A stretch of DNA of 64,000 bases from Nemertoderma westbladi. Lineage: Eukaryota > Animalia > Xenacoelomorpha. Shown one piece after another: positions 11,399-22,887 of the stretch. Positions within the stretch are counted from its first letter, which is position 1; each line of letters starts with the position of its first letter. The position numbers were made by a program, and so were the translations under genes. Location: NCBI GenBank assembly GCA_032718475.1, contig JAUCBJ010002047.1:1-64000 (forward strand), read 5' to 3'. The notes beneath the pieces are model-generated. The model ran no database searches, was not told where the DNA came from, and saw only the letters and a list, made by a program, of their open reading frames with translations.

Positions 11399-11716
11399 CC
11401 CGGGTATATCCAGCGGGTGAATGGACGCGCACTAGGCTGGCTTCGGCTAATGTTGTGTTTATTTTGTATTAAATCTTGTCATCTTATAAAGTCAATTTAC
11501 CAACTAAAGACATATAAATTTTGGCAGGTTAAACTGCTAAAGGTCTTCAAAAGCGCGTACACAGTCTCCCGGGTATATCCAGCGGGTGAATGGTCGCGCA
11601 TAGACTGGCTTCGGCTAATGTAGTGTATCAAATACTCGTCATAGGCTAAAGTCGATTTATAATCTAGAAGACATCTAAATTTGGCAGGTCTGCTAAAGGT
11701 CTGAAAGCGCGAACAC
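11399..11716 (+). repeat. Tandem direct repeat, 169-bp period, ~2 copies
   Basis: CCCGGGTATATCCAGCGGGTGAATGG...GGCTTCGGCTAATGT at 11399 and 11568. Confidence 0.9.
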
Positions 11717-11879
11717 TTCTCCATGGTAAATTTTATAGTTGGATGGCATTCATTCAGGTAAAGGAGGAATTTATTTAATTCTTCCTCACCGTGTTGCCAG
11801 ACGGACCACCCGTCGTCATAAAAACGGAACCAACAGGCAACTTCCAAGTGGTATTGGGTGAGGTACAGGGTTTCTTTAA
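11717..11879 (-). pseudogene. Penelope-like (PLE) reverse transcriptase remnant
   Basis: WFRFYDDGWSVWQHGEEELNKFLLYLNECHPTIKFTME matches the PLE RT pattern WxRYxDDxxxIWxHG...LNxxHPxIKFTxE. Confidence 0.8.
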
Positions 11880-12461
11880 GGGGGGACATCACACCTTGAA
11901 GTGTACTTTGTGTGTCCGAACTTGCATCACATGTAACTTTTGAATGGCTCTACACCTGGCAACAATTTATGGCTCATTTTAATAACAAAACTCTAAATTT
12001 AAAAAAAAAAAATTTTTTTTCACCTAATTATGATAATTAGCACATATCGCCCTGAAATCAAACCAGTATGCAATAATTTTTTTATTTATTTATAACTAAT
12101 ATAGTTATAATTAAAAAGGTAATAAATTTCGCTATTTAAGAAAACTATTGGTCCTATGGGAAAATGATGAATTTGAAAGTTGTAGAGAAACATCAACTTA
12201 GAGAAAAGGTGAATTAAAATTTTGTTGCAAAGCCCGTGTTTCTGAGCTATAGTAAATCAAAAAAATTCAAATTAGAGGGGGCCTTCTCGCAGCACGTCTT
12301 TTGCAAAATAAATGTATAGTTGCAGTGCAGGATTCGCGGTTAGTATGATAATAATTGCAATAATTATAATGAAGCACAGGGAGGAATATAGAAAAATTGT
12401 AAGAATTTGTTCTAAAATAAAATGAAAATATGAAAAATGTTCTAAACGAAATCAGAATTAA

Positions 12462-13595
12462 TTAGAATGCTCCGCCTTGATAAGTGGAAGTGTCCTTGGC
12501 AACTTTAACTTTCTTTGACGGCTTGATTGTAAGACTTTTGGCTACACGTTTTCGATCTCTTTGTCTACAGGATCGTAAAAGGGCTAGTCCAGGATTTAGA
12601 TTGATGGCATTGGCTATAATCATTGTGGTTGAAGCTTCTCGATTGTGGATCAGGGCTGTATAGTAAGCATGGAAAGAGAGAGTTGATAGCCCTTGGAACT
12701 TGTCCTTTCCAATACGACCCCATAGGCGGCTGTGTATGGATTCGTTCTGGTTTTGGGTCAAACCTGGCAGACAACGCTTTATTAGTTCAGGGTCTGTTAA
12801 CCTATCGTACACCGGCATTATGAACTGGTGCCACTCAGGTTTGATGAAATGTTTGTTCTTATAGCTGGGGTCCTTCTTCTTGAATTTGCACCAAGTTTCT
12901 GGGCAAAACTTATGTTGCTTCCGGGGATCTTTATAGTTCGTGTAGTGATGGATGGCTACTTTGATATCTGTGGTAATGGTTTTTATCAGATTGGTCAGGG
13001 CAGAATCGGATAGTTCTTTATATTTTACATTAGCGACATGGGAAACGATTGTATTCCGGTAAAAGCTGCTAAGCTTATAAATGTTCCTCTGTGTTAAACC
13101 ACCAACACCTCCAAGTTTTTTAGCTTGCCGAACATTCTCCAGGCCGTGAGTAACTCTTTTAGCAACGTGATTGATGCATTCAAATTTCTCCACAGGATAA
13201 TCATCACCATATGGGGCATTGTCTCGCAATGTTGCAAAAACTGAACTATCGCCGTCGCTGAGCAGCTCTTTGTATCTCAACTTATGGTATTGGATTGAAC
13301 GGCCCCACATTTGTTGAGCTGCGAATGTCTCCATAGCTGCACTAGTACCGGTGAAGTTTACTGAACAGTTATGCTGTGGAACTTTCTTTGAACTGCCAAA
13401 TTGACGGCAAGTATAGCATGACTTGGAGACCACAAATGTGTCGAGTACAGCACCAGATAGTGTAGACATGACGTAAGCAACACAGTAGAGGGAAGTATGG
13501 CCACGCTTTTGCCATGTTGCATCGAAAGTAACTGCAACATTATACTGTATATAGTGGCTGGTGTTGAAAATTCGTCATCAGCAGCCATTAGTAAC
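12462..13595 (-). pseudogene. Kolobok transposase, catalytic C-terminal part
   Basis: VTFDATWQKRGHTS (in frame upstream of the listed ORF), CYTC, LSDGDSS, KFECINHVAKR, HKFCPETWC, TQNQNESIHS. Confidence 0.85.
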
Positions 13596-14555
13596 CAGGG
13601 GCGGGCGACACGAAGCTCCGTTAATTTTAAAGTTAACGGAGGCTTAACGGAAGTGCACTTAACGGAGAACTCATAATGGGCGACATGAACGAGTATTTAG
13701 GCCTCCGTTAGTGAGCTTTCCGTTAAGGCTCCGTTAATGCTAAAAATGATGTTACTGAAATGGACATAAGATGGCGTACACGTAAGTGTTGTTGTGGCTG
13801 CTTAGCAACTAGATTCAGGTATTTTTGATGGTTGGCGAAAGGAGTCCTAAAATATTAAGCCATGCAGCAGGGATTTACTAGCTAATTTGAGTGTTTAGAT
13901 TACATAGTAAAAACAGTGGAATTTTCATGTAAATCAAATCAAATATTTTGAAAAATTCGTACCATCAGTCAAACATGGGGTTCATGCAAGCAAGGGCAAA
14001 GTAGTAAAGCAAAAAAATAACGTCAGATATTTCATATTATATTTAGTTGTTTTATTATATTACATAGCTTGTTTTATATAGTAGGCCCCTATATACTGTA
14101 GCTAGTGTTTGTTATTGTTGGTAGCATTTTTGGTTGTATTGAAAATGAATTTAGCTAAATTTTTATTGCAAAAACATTCTAGAAAGCAAAAAATTTAAAT
14201 AAATTAAATAATAAAATAATATTTTTTAATAGCTAGTATTTTGAAAATTAGTAGCTACCATAAAAAATATTATGTTGGATGTATGTAGACTATGTTCTGG
14301 AACATAATACATATAAATCAAGGGAGCTTTACCAATTAGATGGGGTTGTCGAAATGACGAACTAGTGCCGTTAAAACGCCAATTTTAAACACTAGCTAAC
14401 ATTCAAAAATATACACATACACATGAATAAAATTATTGTTAGCATGCTTTGGAGGAACAATAATACTAATTAAAAATTTATTCATATTTTTACGAAATAT
14501 TTAATATTTACATGAAATTGCCACTGTGTTTATACTATGTAATCTAATCAAGTAA

Positions 14556-14682
14556 CGCCCCCCCACGCGGAGCAACTTGTTTCTTGAAACTTGTTGCTGG
14601 ACTCATCACAAATAGAAACAAGTTTCGGAAACAAGTTGCAGCAACAAGTTTCAGAAACCAGTTGCTCCGTGTGAGGGGGGCC
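14556..14682. mobile_element. 127-bp MITE (Harbinger/Tourist-like) inside the Harbinger
   Basis: CGCCCCCCCACGCGGAGCAACTTGTTT ... AAACCAGTTGCTCCGTGTGAGGGGGGCC; flanked by TAA/TTA; internal AAACAAGTT repeats. Confidence 0.75.
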
Positions 14683-14841
14683 TTAGTTAGAAAGTTCGGG
14701 CTGCATGGCTTATAGTTTAGAACGCCTTTGGGTTGGAGTGCCGTTTTAAACTGAAACATCCCAGACTTTTGGTACACCATATAGCAGTAATACTACCAGT
14801 CCAGTACATTTCCAGCTTTAGCCAATAGCGCACACAATTTT

Positions 14842-15930
14842 ATGATGGCAAAACGAACGAGAAAGGAAGCATTCTCGCAAGAGGAAATGACAGCATTAGT
14901 TACGGGTTTTGCAAGTAATAATGAGATTATAACGAGCAAGCACTCAAGCGATGTTACTCAGAAAAAAAAAGCTAGAGCATACGATATTATATTAGAAAAA
15001 GTAAATGCCGTAGGTGGAAAAAACCGTACATTAGAAAATGTTAAAGACAAATGGTCCAATTTAAAGATGGTGGTGAAGAAGAAGGCCACAGATTTCATTA
15101 GGGGTGAAAAGAAGGTGATAAGGAGAACAGGGGAAGGGGAGGAAGAAATAGGGACCCTTGAAGGTATCCTTAGTGACATCGAGTTGATAGTGTATCGACA
15201 ATTGCCGCCTGAAACGGTGATGGGTATTCCGGGGGGCGTCGAGACGGGGTCACCGCAAAATGTTGTGGTTGATGATGGGAGTGACACAGGTGAGGAGATT
15301 ACTACTGGTAGGTTGTGTGTGGTGGAGCAAGATCCGTCCAACATCCAACAGACAAGCCTGGACGTCTTGATTAATAAATCTGAAAGATTAAATGACCGTC
15401 CTCGGTGGATATCCACTAAAAAACGTATGATGCCGCATGATTACTACCAAAAGATGTTGGAGATAGAAGGAAAGAAGTTGGAGATTATGGAGAAGGAGTT
15501 TCAAGTGCGCAAAATATATTTCGATGAGAAAACATTGTACTACCGGGCACTAAATTGTCAACAACATTCTCTATCACCTCAATATCACTTTAGCCAACGG
15601 CCATATTTTCAACAATTTTGTCAAACATCCCAGCCAGAAGTTCAACCACCCCAACAACAACTTCATCAAACATCCCAGCCAGAAGTTCAACCACCGCAAC
15701 AACAACTTCATCAAACATACCAGCCTCAACTTCAGCCACTTCAACCACAACTTCATCAAACATACCAGCCTCAACTTCAGCCACTCCAACCACAACTTCA
15801 TCAAACATACCAGCCTCAAGTTCAGCCACCCCATCGACATCATTATCAACCATCACAACAGCCGATTCAATATCAACATGACAATGTAGATGTCGACTAT
15901 TCATCTGAATATAAAATTCAATCTCTTTAA
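14842..15930 (+). CDS. Harbinger Myb/SANT-like DNA-binding protein
   Basis: RKEAFSQEEMTAL...ILEKVNAVG...RTLENVKDKWSNLK...RRTGEG; Q/P-rich repetitive tail. Confidence 0.9.
   Translation: MMAKRTRKEAFSQEEMTALVTGFASNNEIITSKHSSDVTQKKKARAYDIILEKVNAVGGKNRTLENVKDKWSNLKMVVKKKATDFIRGEKKVIRRTGEGEEEIGTLEGILSDIELIVYRQLPPETVMGIPGGVETGSPQNVVVDDGSDTGEEITTGRLCVVEQDPSNIQQTSLDVLINKSERLNDRPRWISTKKRMMPHDYYQKMLEIEGKKLEIMEKEFQVRKIYFDEKTLYYRALNCQQHSLSPQYHFSQRPYFQQFCQTSQPEVQPPQQQLHQTSQPEVQPPQQQLHQTYQPQLQPLQPQLHQTYQPQLQPLQPQLHQTYQPQVQPPHRHHYQPSQQPIQYQHDNVDVDYSSEYKIQSL
15620..15830 (+). repeat. 39-bp coding tandem repeat (13-aa unit, ~5.5 copies)
   Basis: LHQT(S/Y)QP(E/Q)(V/L)QP(P/L)Q(Q/P)Q units. Confidence 0.9.
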
Positions 15931-16126
15931 AGCATACCGCAATAACTCTATTAATTTTTCAAAACAACATGTAATTTAAACATTTAATTAATAGTAAATA
16001 ACACAATATATACTGTATATTCAGTATATAAACTTACTGTAGGCACCTCGAACCTTTAAATAATCATACATATTATTTACATATAATAAATGGTACTCAT
16101 GTAGTATTAAATATATATGCGAATTA

Positions 16127-17407
16127 TTAATATGCAAATACATTGGCAACTAAATTATTTCGAGTTTGAACACCTTGACCCAAAACTGGACCATGTTGAT
16201 AAATCTGATCATTGCTTTCAACTTCAATGGCAGATTCCCTAACTTCTGGGTCTTCAGTGCTGTGTTTCTGGGCCCAATTATGGAGACAAGCGCAAGCCAT
16301 TATTATCTTTGATGCCCTCTCCGGTGCAAAGTTGATTCCTCTTTCTAGCACACGAAACCGCATTTTCAGTGCACCATTACACCTTTCGATAGACGACCTG
16401 GCCCGTTTATGGGCCAAATTGTAACGTTCTTCGGGTCTGCCATTCGGATAGTCGAAAGGTGTAAGAAGCCAACTTGAAAGGGGATAGGCTGAGTCACCTA
16501 ACAACCAACCACCCCCAAAATCGAGCTGTCGATCCCAGCTCTGCGATTGACGTAGCATGAAGGCATCATGTGTAGATCCAGGCCATTTCGTGCTTACATC
16601 GAATAGCTCTAAGCTAAGGTTGCAGACAAAGTGGCAGTTAATTGAATGAAATTGCTTGCGATTTATGAATGCCGATTCAATGTATGGAGACGCAGGACTT
16701 GCTATACGGACATGACAGCCATCGACTACGCCTACAATCTTGGGGAAACATGAGTATGCGAAATATTGTTCCATATTGTGTGACATTTCGACAGAAGTAG
16801 GCCACTTGATGAAATCGGAGTACCTATCACATATAGCCGATGATACAGCGTGAATTGCACGACTGGCACTGCGATCAGAAATTCCATGTATATCACCAAT
16901 AACAGGAAGAAAACCACCATGTGCATAATATCGGAGAGCAGTGCATATTTGCGTTTCTACAGACATACTCTCTGACCTTTATAAATTTACAGTAGTTTCG
17001 CAGCTTTCCCCCACATTTCAAAATTTTATTAAATATTTTATAAAATTTTAATATTAAGATTTACTAAACTATTAAGATTATGTTTATTAATTATAATTAA
17101 TTTTACTTTTCCACACATTAATTGTATGTATTACAGCTGAGACGACGAATAAAATAATTACATAATTCAAAAATGTTTTAAAATTTTATGGCTGAAATGT
17201 GATTTGCGGCTGGAAAAGCACCGACCTCTGTGTCGTCCTTTCAAGTGTCGACTGGAATCTGTCGCACAAATCTGCCGCAACTTCTTTTGTGAAACTGTAT
17301 CGTTCGTAAAATTCGATATCTCGAAGATCGCTAAAAGGATCTAACCGATGACGGAAAAGTCGCGATTGTACATCTAAATCCACATCGGCTGCAACGCGCC
17401 ACATCAT
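16127..17407 (-). CDS. Harbinger DDE transposase, two exons (17407-17226 and 16976-16127), ~343 aa
   Basis: A GT-AG intron at 17225-16977 joins ...LERTTQR|SESMSVETQICTALRYYA in frame; VVDGCHV, WPGSTHD, LLGDSAY, RSSIERCNGALKMRF. Confidence 0.9.
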
Positions 17408-17472
17408 TAGAGCTACCGACAAATACTGTATAACGGTACTACTGTGTTTTGGGCACACCCCCTCAAATTTTC

Positions 17473-17939
17473 TAAATAGCTAGTTTTTGTTACTTTTTTA
17501 AAAAATGTTCTAGAACAAAAAACTAACTAATTTGTTAATTCTGTGAATTTTATATTCTATGTTATCTTTGTATCACATATTTATAAAAATCACTAGCTAC
17601 AATGAAAATTTGTAGTTAGTTTGTTATTGTTAGTAATTGTTATTAACACTTACTAATCAAATTAAAAAAAACACAAAAAAACAAATTTTTTAAAATGTTC
17701 TGGTACAAAAAATATTTGTTCTAGATCATTACTTTTTACAAAAATGAATAGGCGATATGTTCTAGAACATTGAAAAAAAAGTAAGCAAAACTAGCTTTGA
17801 TAACAACAAAAAATCCTAATTAATTAATTTTGTTCTAGAACAACAATTATTTGTTCTAGAACAAAATTAATAAAAAAATAAATTGACAATATGTTCTAGA
17901 ACATTTTTAAAAGAAAAAGAAACAAAAACTAGCTATTTA
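17473..17939. repeat. AT-rich fold-back/MITE-like segment with repeated TGTTCTAGAACA palindromes
   Basis: Perfect 19-bp inverted repeat TAAATAGCTAGTTTTTGTT (17473) / AACAAAAACTAGCTATTTA (ends 17939), plus an inner inverted pair at 17501-17517 and 17892-17908. Confidence 0.65.
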
Positions 17940-18316
17940 AAAAAGAAAATTTTTTTTACCTAGTTTTAGTACCCAAATATAACTTGATAATGAGCAGACG
18001 AATGACACTGTACGTGAATTTAAGTTCTACAGTATATACTGTACTATGAAAGCTATAAAAAATTGTTTTCCAGAATGCATTTACTGTAGTTATGTAGAGT
18101 AGAATACAAAACATTTCTTAACGGAACCTTAAAGGTGCTTTCTGGCGCATGGTGTAAAATACCTTAACGGAGAGTCCTCCGTTAGTGTAACGGAGCTTCG
18201 AGACGCTGGCTTCCGTTAGTTAAAGTCGCCGTTAATTTAACGGAGATTTCGTGTCGCTCATAATGTTAGTTAACGGCGCCGTTATCACTAACGGAGCTTC
18301 TTGTCGCCCGCCCCAG

Positions 18317-18981
18317 AGCTTCCGGCCCTCATTATTGCTGTTACCAATAGATAACCTTTTCGTTGCATCAGCTACAGTACGAACCAGAACCCTCCAGCGA
18401 CTATCATGGAGTGGTTTTAGACACTCCATAACTTCCGAGAATATTGTAGCATAATTACGGGTACCCCCCATAATTAGGAAAGTCAATACTGCAATACGGA
18501 AAGCAAATTAATGATGCGAGCTGAATCATTAGAATTGTTAGCTGTCGCATTTTCAAAGTTGTATGCCAGTTTACAGTGATGACAGCGCAGATGTAGTGAA
18601 AAATAAAACCCACGAGTTAGCACTGGCTCGATTAATAAGTTTCCTTGACAGTTATGGGAATGAACTGCCACAATACAGTTTCTGAATGCCTCATACTCTA
18701 TGATTCTATTGCCATCATACAGTTTAGAAGTTGGCGCAGACGTATTCTCACCTGTCATTCCCAAACGATCAGTTGTGAAACTACGGTGTTTCTTCTTTTT
18801 GCTTTTTGCTAACATTACCGCTGCTACACAAACCGCTATCTACTTTACTTTGCCCCCCAGATGAAGTGGAAATTACAGTATCTTTTCCATTATCGGTAGA
18901 AGAATCTCTTTGCTTGCAAATATCTGCATAACGGGTACCCTTGAATTCCTTGGAATGCGCCTGACGTGACCGGCAGGGCAT
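18317..18981 (-). pseudogene. Kolobok transposase, N-terminal part (frameshifted)
   Basis: Overlapping ORFs 18781-18981, 18483-18815 (GNRII...C...RGF..L.L.CHHC...INLLSV) and 18232-18486, lying between the Harbinger end and the Kolobok TIR. Confidence 0.65.
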
Positions 18982-19528
18982 AACAGTAAACTTTCACAAT
19001 ACAGCAATATAGCAGTATAGGCTAGGCCTACTCTAGCTAGGTTACAAACATACAACAATAAACTTTACTTAATTAATAATCAACAAAACAATAGGGATCT
19101 CTAGCAAACAGTGTAGATTACTGTACAATTAGAAATTTGCTAGGCTCACAGGCTTATATTGTTATATGATTTACACTACAGCAGTTGTGCTGGAATTCAT
19201 TTACCGGTACACTGCACAGGCTGACAGTCTCGATTAACCACTTTAAATTTCCCGCCCTTAAGTAGGCCTACTCTTCATAACCACTGTACTGTATGATATG
19301 AAGTTGCGTAAATGTACAGTACAAATTCATGTAAAAAATGTTAAAATTTGGCCAAAATTTCCAAAAAACGTGTCCGGTTAAACCTGTCGTAACTTAAAAA
19401 CTATAAAAGCTAATAAAAAACTGGTTTCGTATTTGGAATCAGCATAAAATTTTGAACAAAAATATGAAAAAAAAATTTTTTTGAAGAAAAAAAAATTTCA
19501 GGTGTGATGTCCCCCCTTAACGTGGATA

Positions 19529-19768
19529 TACTACTACTAGGATCGGCATGCTGCATTGCAGCTGCATTTTTAAGAATGCTGTGCCGGCTTGTCAACAAAA
19601 TTGCACCGCCACAACTCCCTATCACCCATGACATTTGCTAGATCATCCGCATCTTTAAGGCCAGTGTCCTTTAAGATGCGTCTCAAGAAAGTCATGGGCT
19701 GTCCACCATGCTTATTCACTCCATGAGGCTGCCAAAGTACAAGATTATGCACTGGCTGGTCCTCACGG
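19529..19768 (-). mobile_element. 5'-truncated 3' end of RTE family A LINE
   Basis: Near-identical to 34780-35017; (TAG)n tail. Confidence 0.9.
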
Positions 19769-19789
19769 ACCAGCATATATATATATGTA

Positions 19790-21440
19790 TATATTGATTA
19801 ATTATGAATTTGATTCATATATTGAGTCTATCAGATCATCTGCAAAGGATGATATTTCTTACAAGGCTTTGGTGGATGCTGTAATTTCTGGATTTCAGGA
19901 TGTTCTGTGCACATACGCCCATTCTGGAATGTGCGACATCAGTTATCTGGTGAAGATAATCTTATTTTATTAGGTTCCCGGATTGTAATTCCATCTTCCC
20001 TCTGCAAGGATGTCCTGAAGCACCTTCATGATGCTCATCAGGGCATTGAATGTTCTAAGAGGAGAGCTAGGCAAACTGTATTCTGGCCTGGTATCAATAG
20101 CGATCTTACAAACATGGTAAATTCTTGTCCCCAGTGTCAACTTTATCAACCAAGTTTACCTAAAGAGTCTCTCCACAGCGACCCTCATCCATGTCTTCCA
20201 ATGGAGGATTGCTCTGCTGATCTTTTCTACTTCAGCACCTGCTGATACCTGATTTATGTCGATAGATATTCTGGGTGGCCTTGTGTTCATTCTTGGTGTG
20301 CCGATCCTTCCAGCTCTCAAGTTATTTCAGCTCTTCGAGGATGGTTCAAAGATTTCGGTACTCCAAAACGCTTTCGTTCTGATGGTGGTACACAATTTAA
20401 TTCAGCGCATTATCATGATTTCTTATCCGAATGGAATATCATCCCTGAGTATTCTACTCCTGAGTATCCTGAGTCTAATGGCCATGCAGAGGGGGCTGTA
20501 AAGACCATGAAATCATTGATAAAAAAGTTAGATGTCAAAGGAGATCTAAACTCAAACTTGCTTTATTCGTGGTTTGCTGGAATGGAGAAATACTCCTAAA
20601 GAACATAGTATATCTCCTGCTCAACAGTTGTTTGGTAGATCCCTCTGTTCTACTATACCAGCTCATTCGTCCACACTGGCAGGTGATTCATTGCCTGTCC
20701 CTGGTCCTTCAACGTCTTCAGCAACTGAATCATATTATAATGATCATGCTCACGACTTAACCCTGATTCCTATTGGTTCCCGAGTTTGCATCCAGAATGC
20801 ACATTCCAAACTATGGAACAAATGTATGGTATCGTCCTATGGTATCGTAAACTATGGTATCGTCCTTTCCCGTGGTACTAGGCGAGATTAAAGGATTGAA
20901 CTCGTCGTTATCTGCGTTCTATCCCAGATGACTCTTCTCTTTGTGACATAACGCCTCAAAAACAGGTACAGTTCGCTGACGATCTTCCCAGGCTCAGTTC
21001 TAGAACTCACAAGCAACCAGCAAGATTCTGAGTTCAATGAACTGACCTATTGGTGGTGGTTGGATTTTTTTCAGTACAAATGTCTCCTACATTGTTTTTG
21101 GGGGAGATGTTAGATTATGTATTGTTAGGGCTCTAGTAGACCCTGGATTGGTGGTGGTTAGATCCAACCTACTGGTCCTCTTCTGGTATTCCGGTATTCA
21201 GTCTTTCCTATCTTCTAGGTCTGTAGGTACAGTTACCGTTAGCGGTACCTACTTTAGTACTGTACTGTACTGCTGTCCTGATGTGTTGTATTGTGGTGGG
21301 TGTGTTCGTTGGTCTGTTGGTTCTTATTATTGTTTGATATGCTGTTCTGTATGTCAACCACTAATAAACTGATGCAGCCAGTATTCCTGTATTCATTTAT
21401 TTCCGATCCCAATAACTGCGAGGCATACAGCTCATTCAAC
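19790..21440 (+). mobile_element. Degenerate Ty3/Gypsy 3' remnant (integrase, PPT, LTR ~21108-21440)
   Basis: GSRIVIP...LHDAHQGIE...RARQTVFWPGIN..C.QC, RSDGGTQF, SNGHAE with stops and frameshifts; GGGGGAGA|TGT at 21100-21110; AATAAA at 21363. Confidence 0.8.
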
Positions 21441-22112
21441 CTAATTGGTTTGGACCACAGAATTGGGACTGCAGAAATCAGACTCAGTTAGAGAGCCAGC
21501 AAACCCAGGACAAGCAAGCAAATCAACTATGACTGGGAGAAACTCAGAACTGGTAATGCTGTAAAGGATGCTTACACATAGAAGTTCAAAACCGCTTTGA
21601 AGCACTTCAGTCAATGGATGAAGACCAGTCCACTGATTCAATATACCAGAATATAATAACAGCCCACAAGGAATCAGCTAAGAGGCATATCCCCCAGAAA
21701 CCCAAACGAAAACAGTATGTGCCATGGCAAAACTCTGAGGTTAGTTGTAAGTGAGAAGATCTTAAGATAGCCTACAAAGTTAAAACCGAACAACCAACAA
21801 CCGAAAACATTAACAAGGTTGAGAAAGCTAAGGACGATCTGAAATTGGCCTACAACATCAGCCAGGAAAAGTACATACAGGGTAAAATTGAAGCAATTAC
21901 AACTGCTCGCATACAGCAACAATCAAGATTTACCTGGCAAACTGTAAATGAGGTATCTGGTCGGAAAATTTGTGCAAAGTGGCGCCTCAAAACCGATAGT
22001 CCTGAAGAACATGTTGGGAAGTGGAAAAATCTCTTCAGTAACTTGCTTGGGCAGCCACCAAACATCGAGATAATTGATGTTAACGACATACTGACTAACA
22101 GGGGGTTGGTAT

Positions 22113-22887
22113 GTATATATTAAATTAAATTAAAGGAAGAACAGGAGTCTTACACCCCCAATAAAAATATAGAATCAGGACATTTAGCCCAAAATATTTC
22201 TCGACCCCTAGGGTCATCGAAGAAACAACAAACACACAAACACATTATTGTTATCACATTATGAAAGTGGAGCAAAATTCCGACATTACTGCAAATCATA
22301 AAATCTTATTTAAATTTTGTACTGTGTGTGTGCCCTAGCATTCCACCAGTTTCCCATTGGTAACATATTTACTTACCATAGGCCTATAGGGTTCCTGTGT
22401 TCTGTGGTCTGACTTCTGTTTTGGGCTAGGTGGTAACAGAGTTGATGGTGCGATTATTTTAGGTCATTGGTGCATTATAGATAGGCTTGGCTAATTCCCT
22501 GTCCAGCTGACGAGGTGTCGAGGATTAGCGCGTACTGGTCCAAGACACCGAAACGCAACCATATTTTTCACAAATTAATTATTTTTGCCTCAGTCATACC
22601 CCTTTCACGGCGACAAAATTGTCATATATTTTCTTATAGAATATAGGCTTAGCTATTGTGCAGTTATTAACGGTATCATTTAGTGCATGGCGGGTAGGCT
22701 TAGGGTTAGGGTTGCGACACATACCTGTATGTTTAGCATGTATTTATATTTGTTTTGTGTTTGTGTGTTTGTTGTTTCTTCGATGACCCTAGGGGTCGAG
22801 AAATATTTTGGGCTAAATGTCCTGATTCTATATTTTTATTGGGGGTGTAAGACTCCTGTTCTTCCTTTAATTTAATTTAATATATAC
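22113..22887. mobile_element. Non-coding element with ~132-bp perfect terminal inverted repeats in a TA run
   Basis: 22113-22244 is the reverse complement of 22756-22887. Confidence 0.85.

Larger units (their letters stand above)
13599..18313. mobile_element. PIF/Harbinger DNA transposon, apparently intact
   Basis: TIR GGGCGGGCGACA(C/A)GAAGCTCCGTTA at both ends; CAG TSD at 13596-13598 and 18314-18316; convergent Myb-like and DDE transposase genes. Confidence 0.95.
11880..19516 (-). mobile_element. Kolobok-superfamily DNA transposon (interrupted)
   Basis: TIR GGGGGGACATCACACCT at 11880 with its complement ending at 19516; TTAA on both sides (11876-11879, 19517-19520); transposase inside. Confidence 0.9.

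Noticed and set aside
11880-19516. piggyBac (TTAA TSD) or Mutator
   Set aside because: Termini are GGGGGG rather than CCY, TIRs are short, and the transposase motifs are Kolobok-type.
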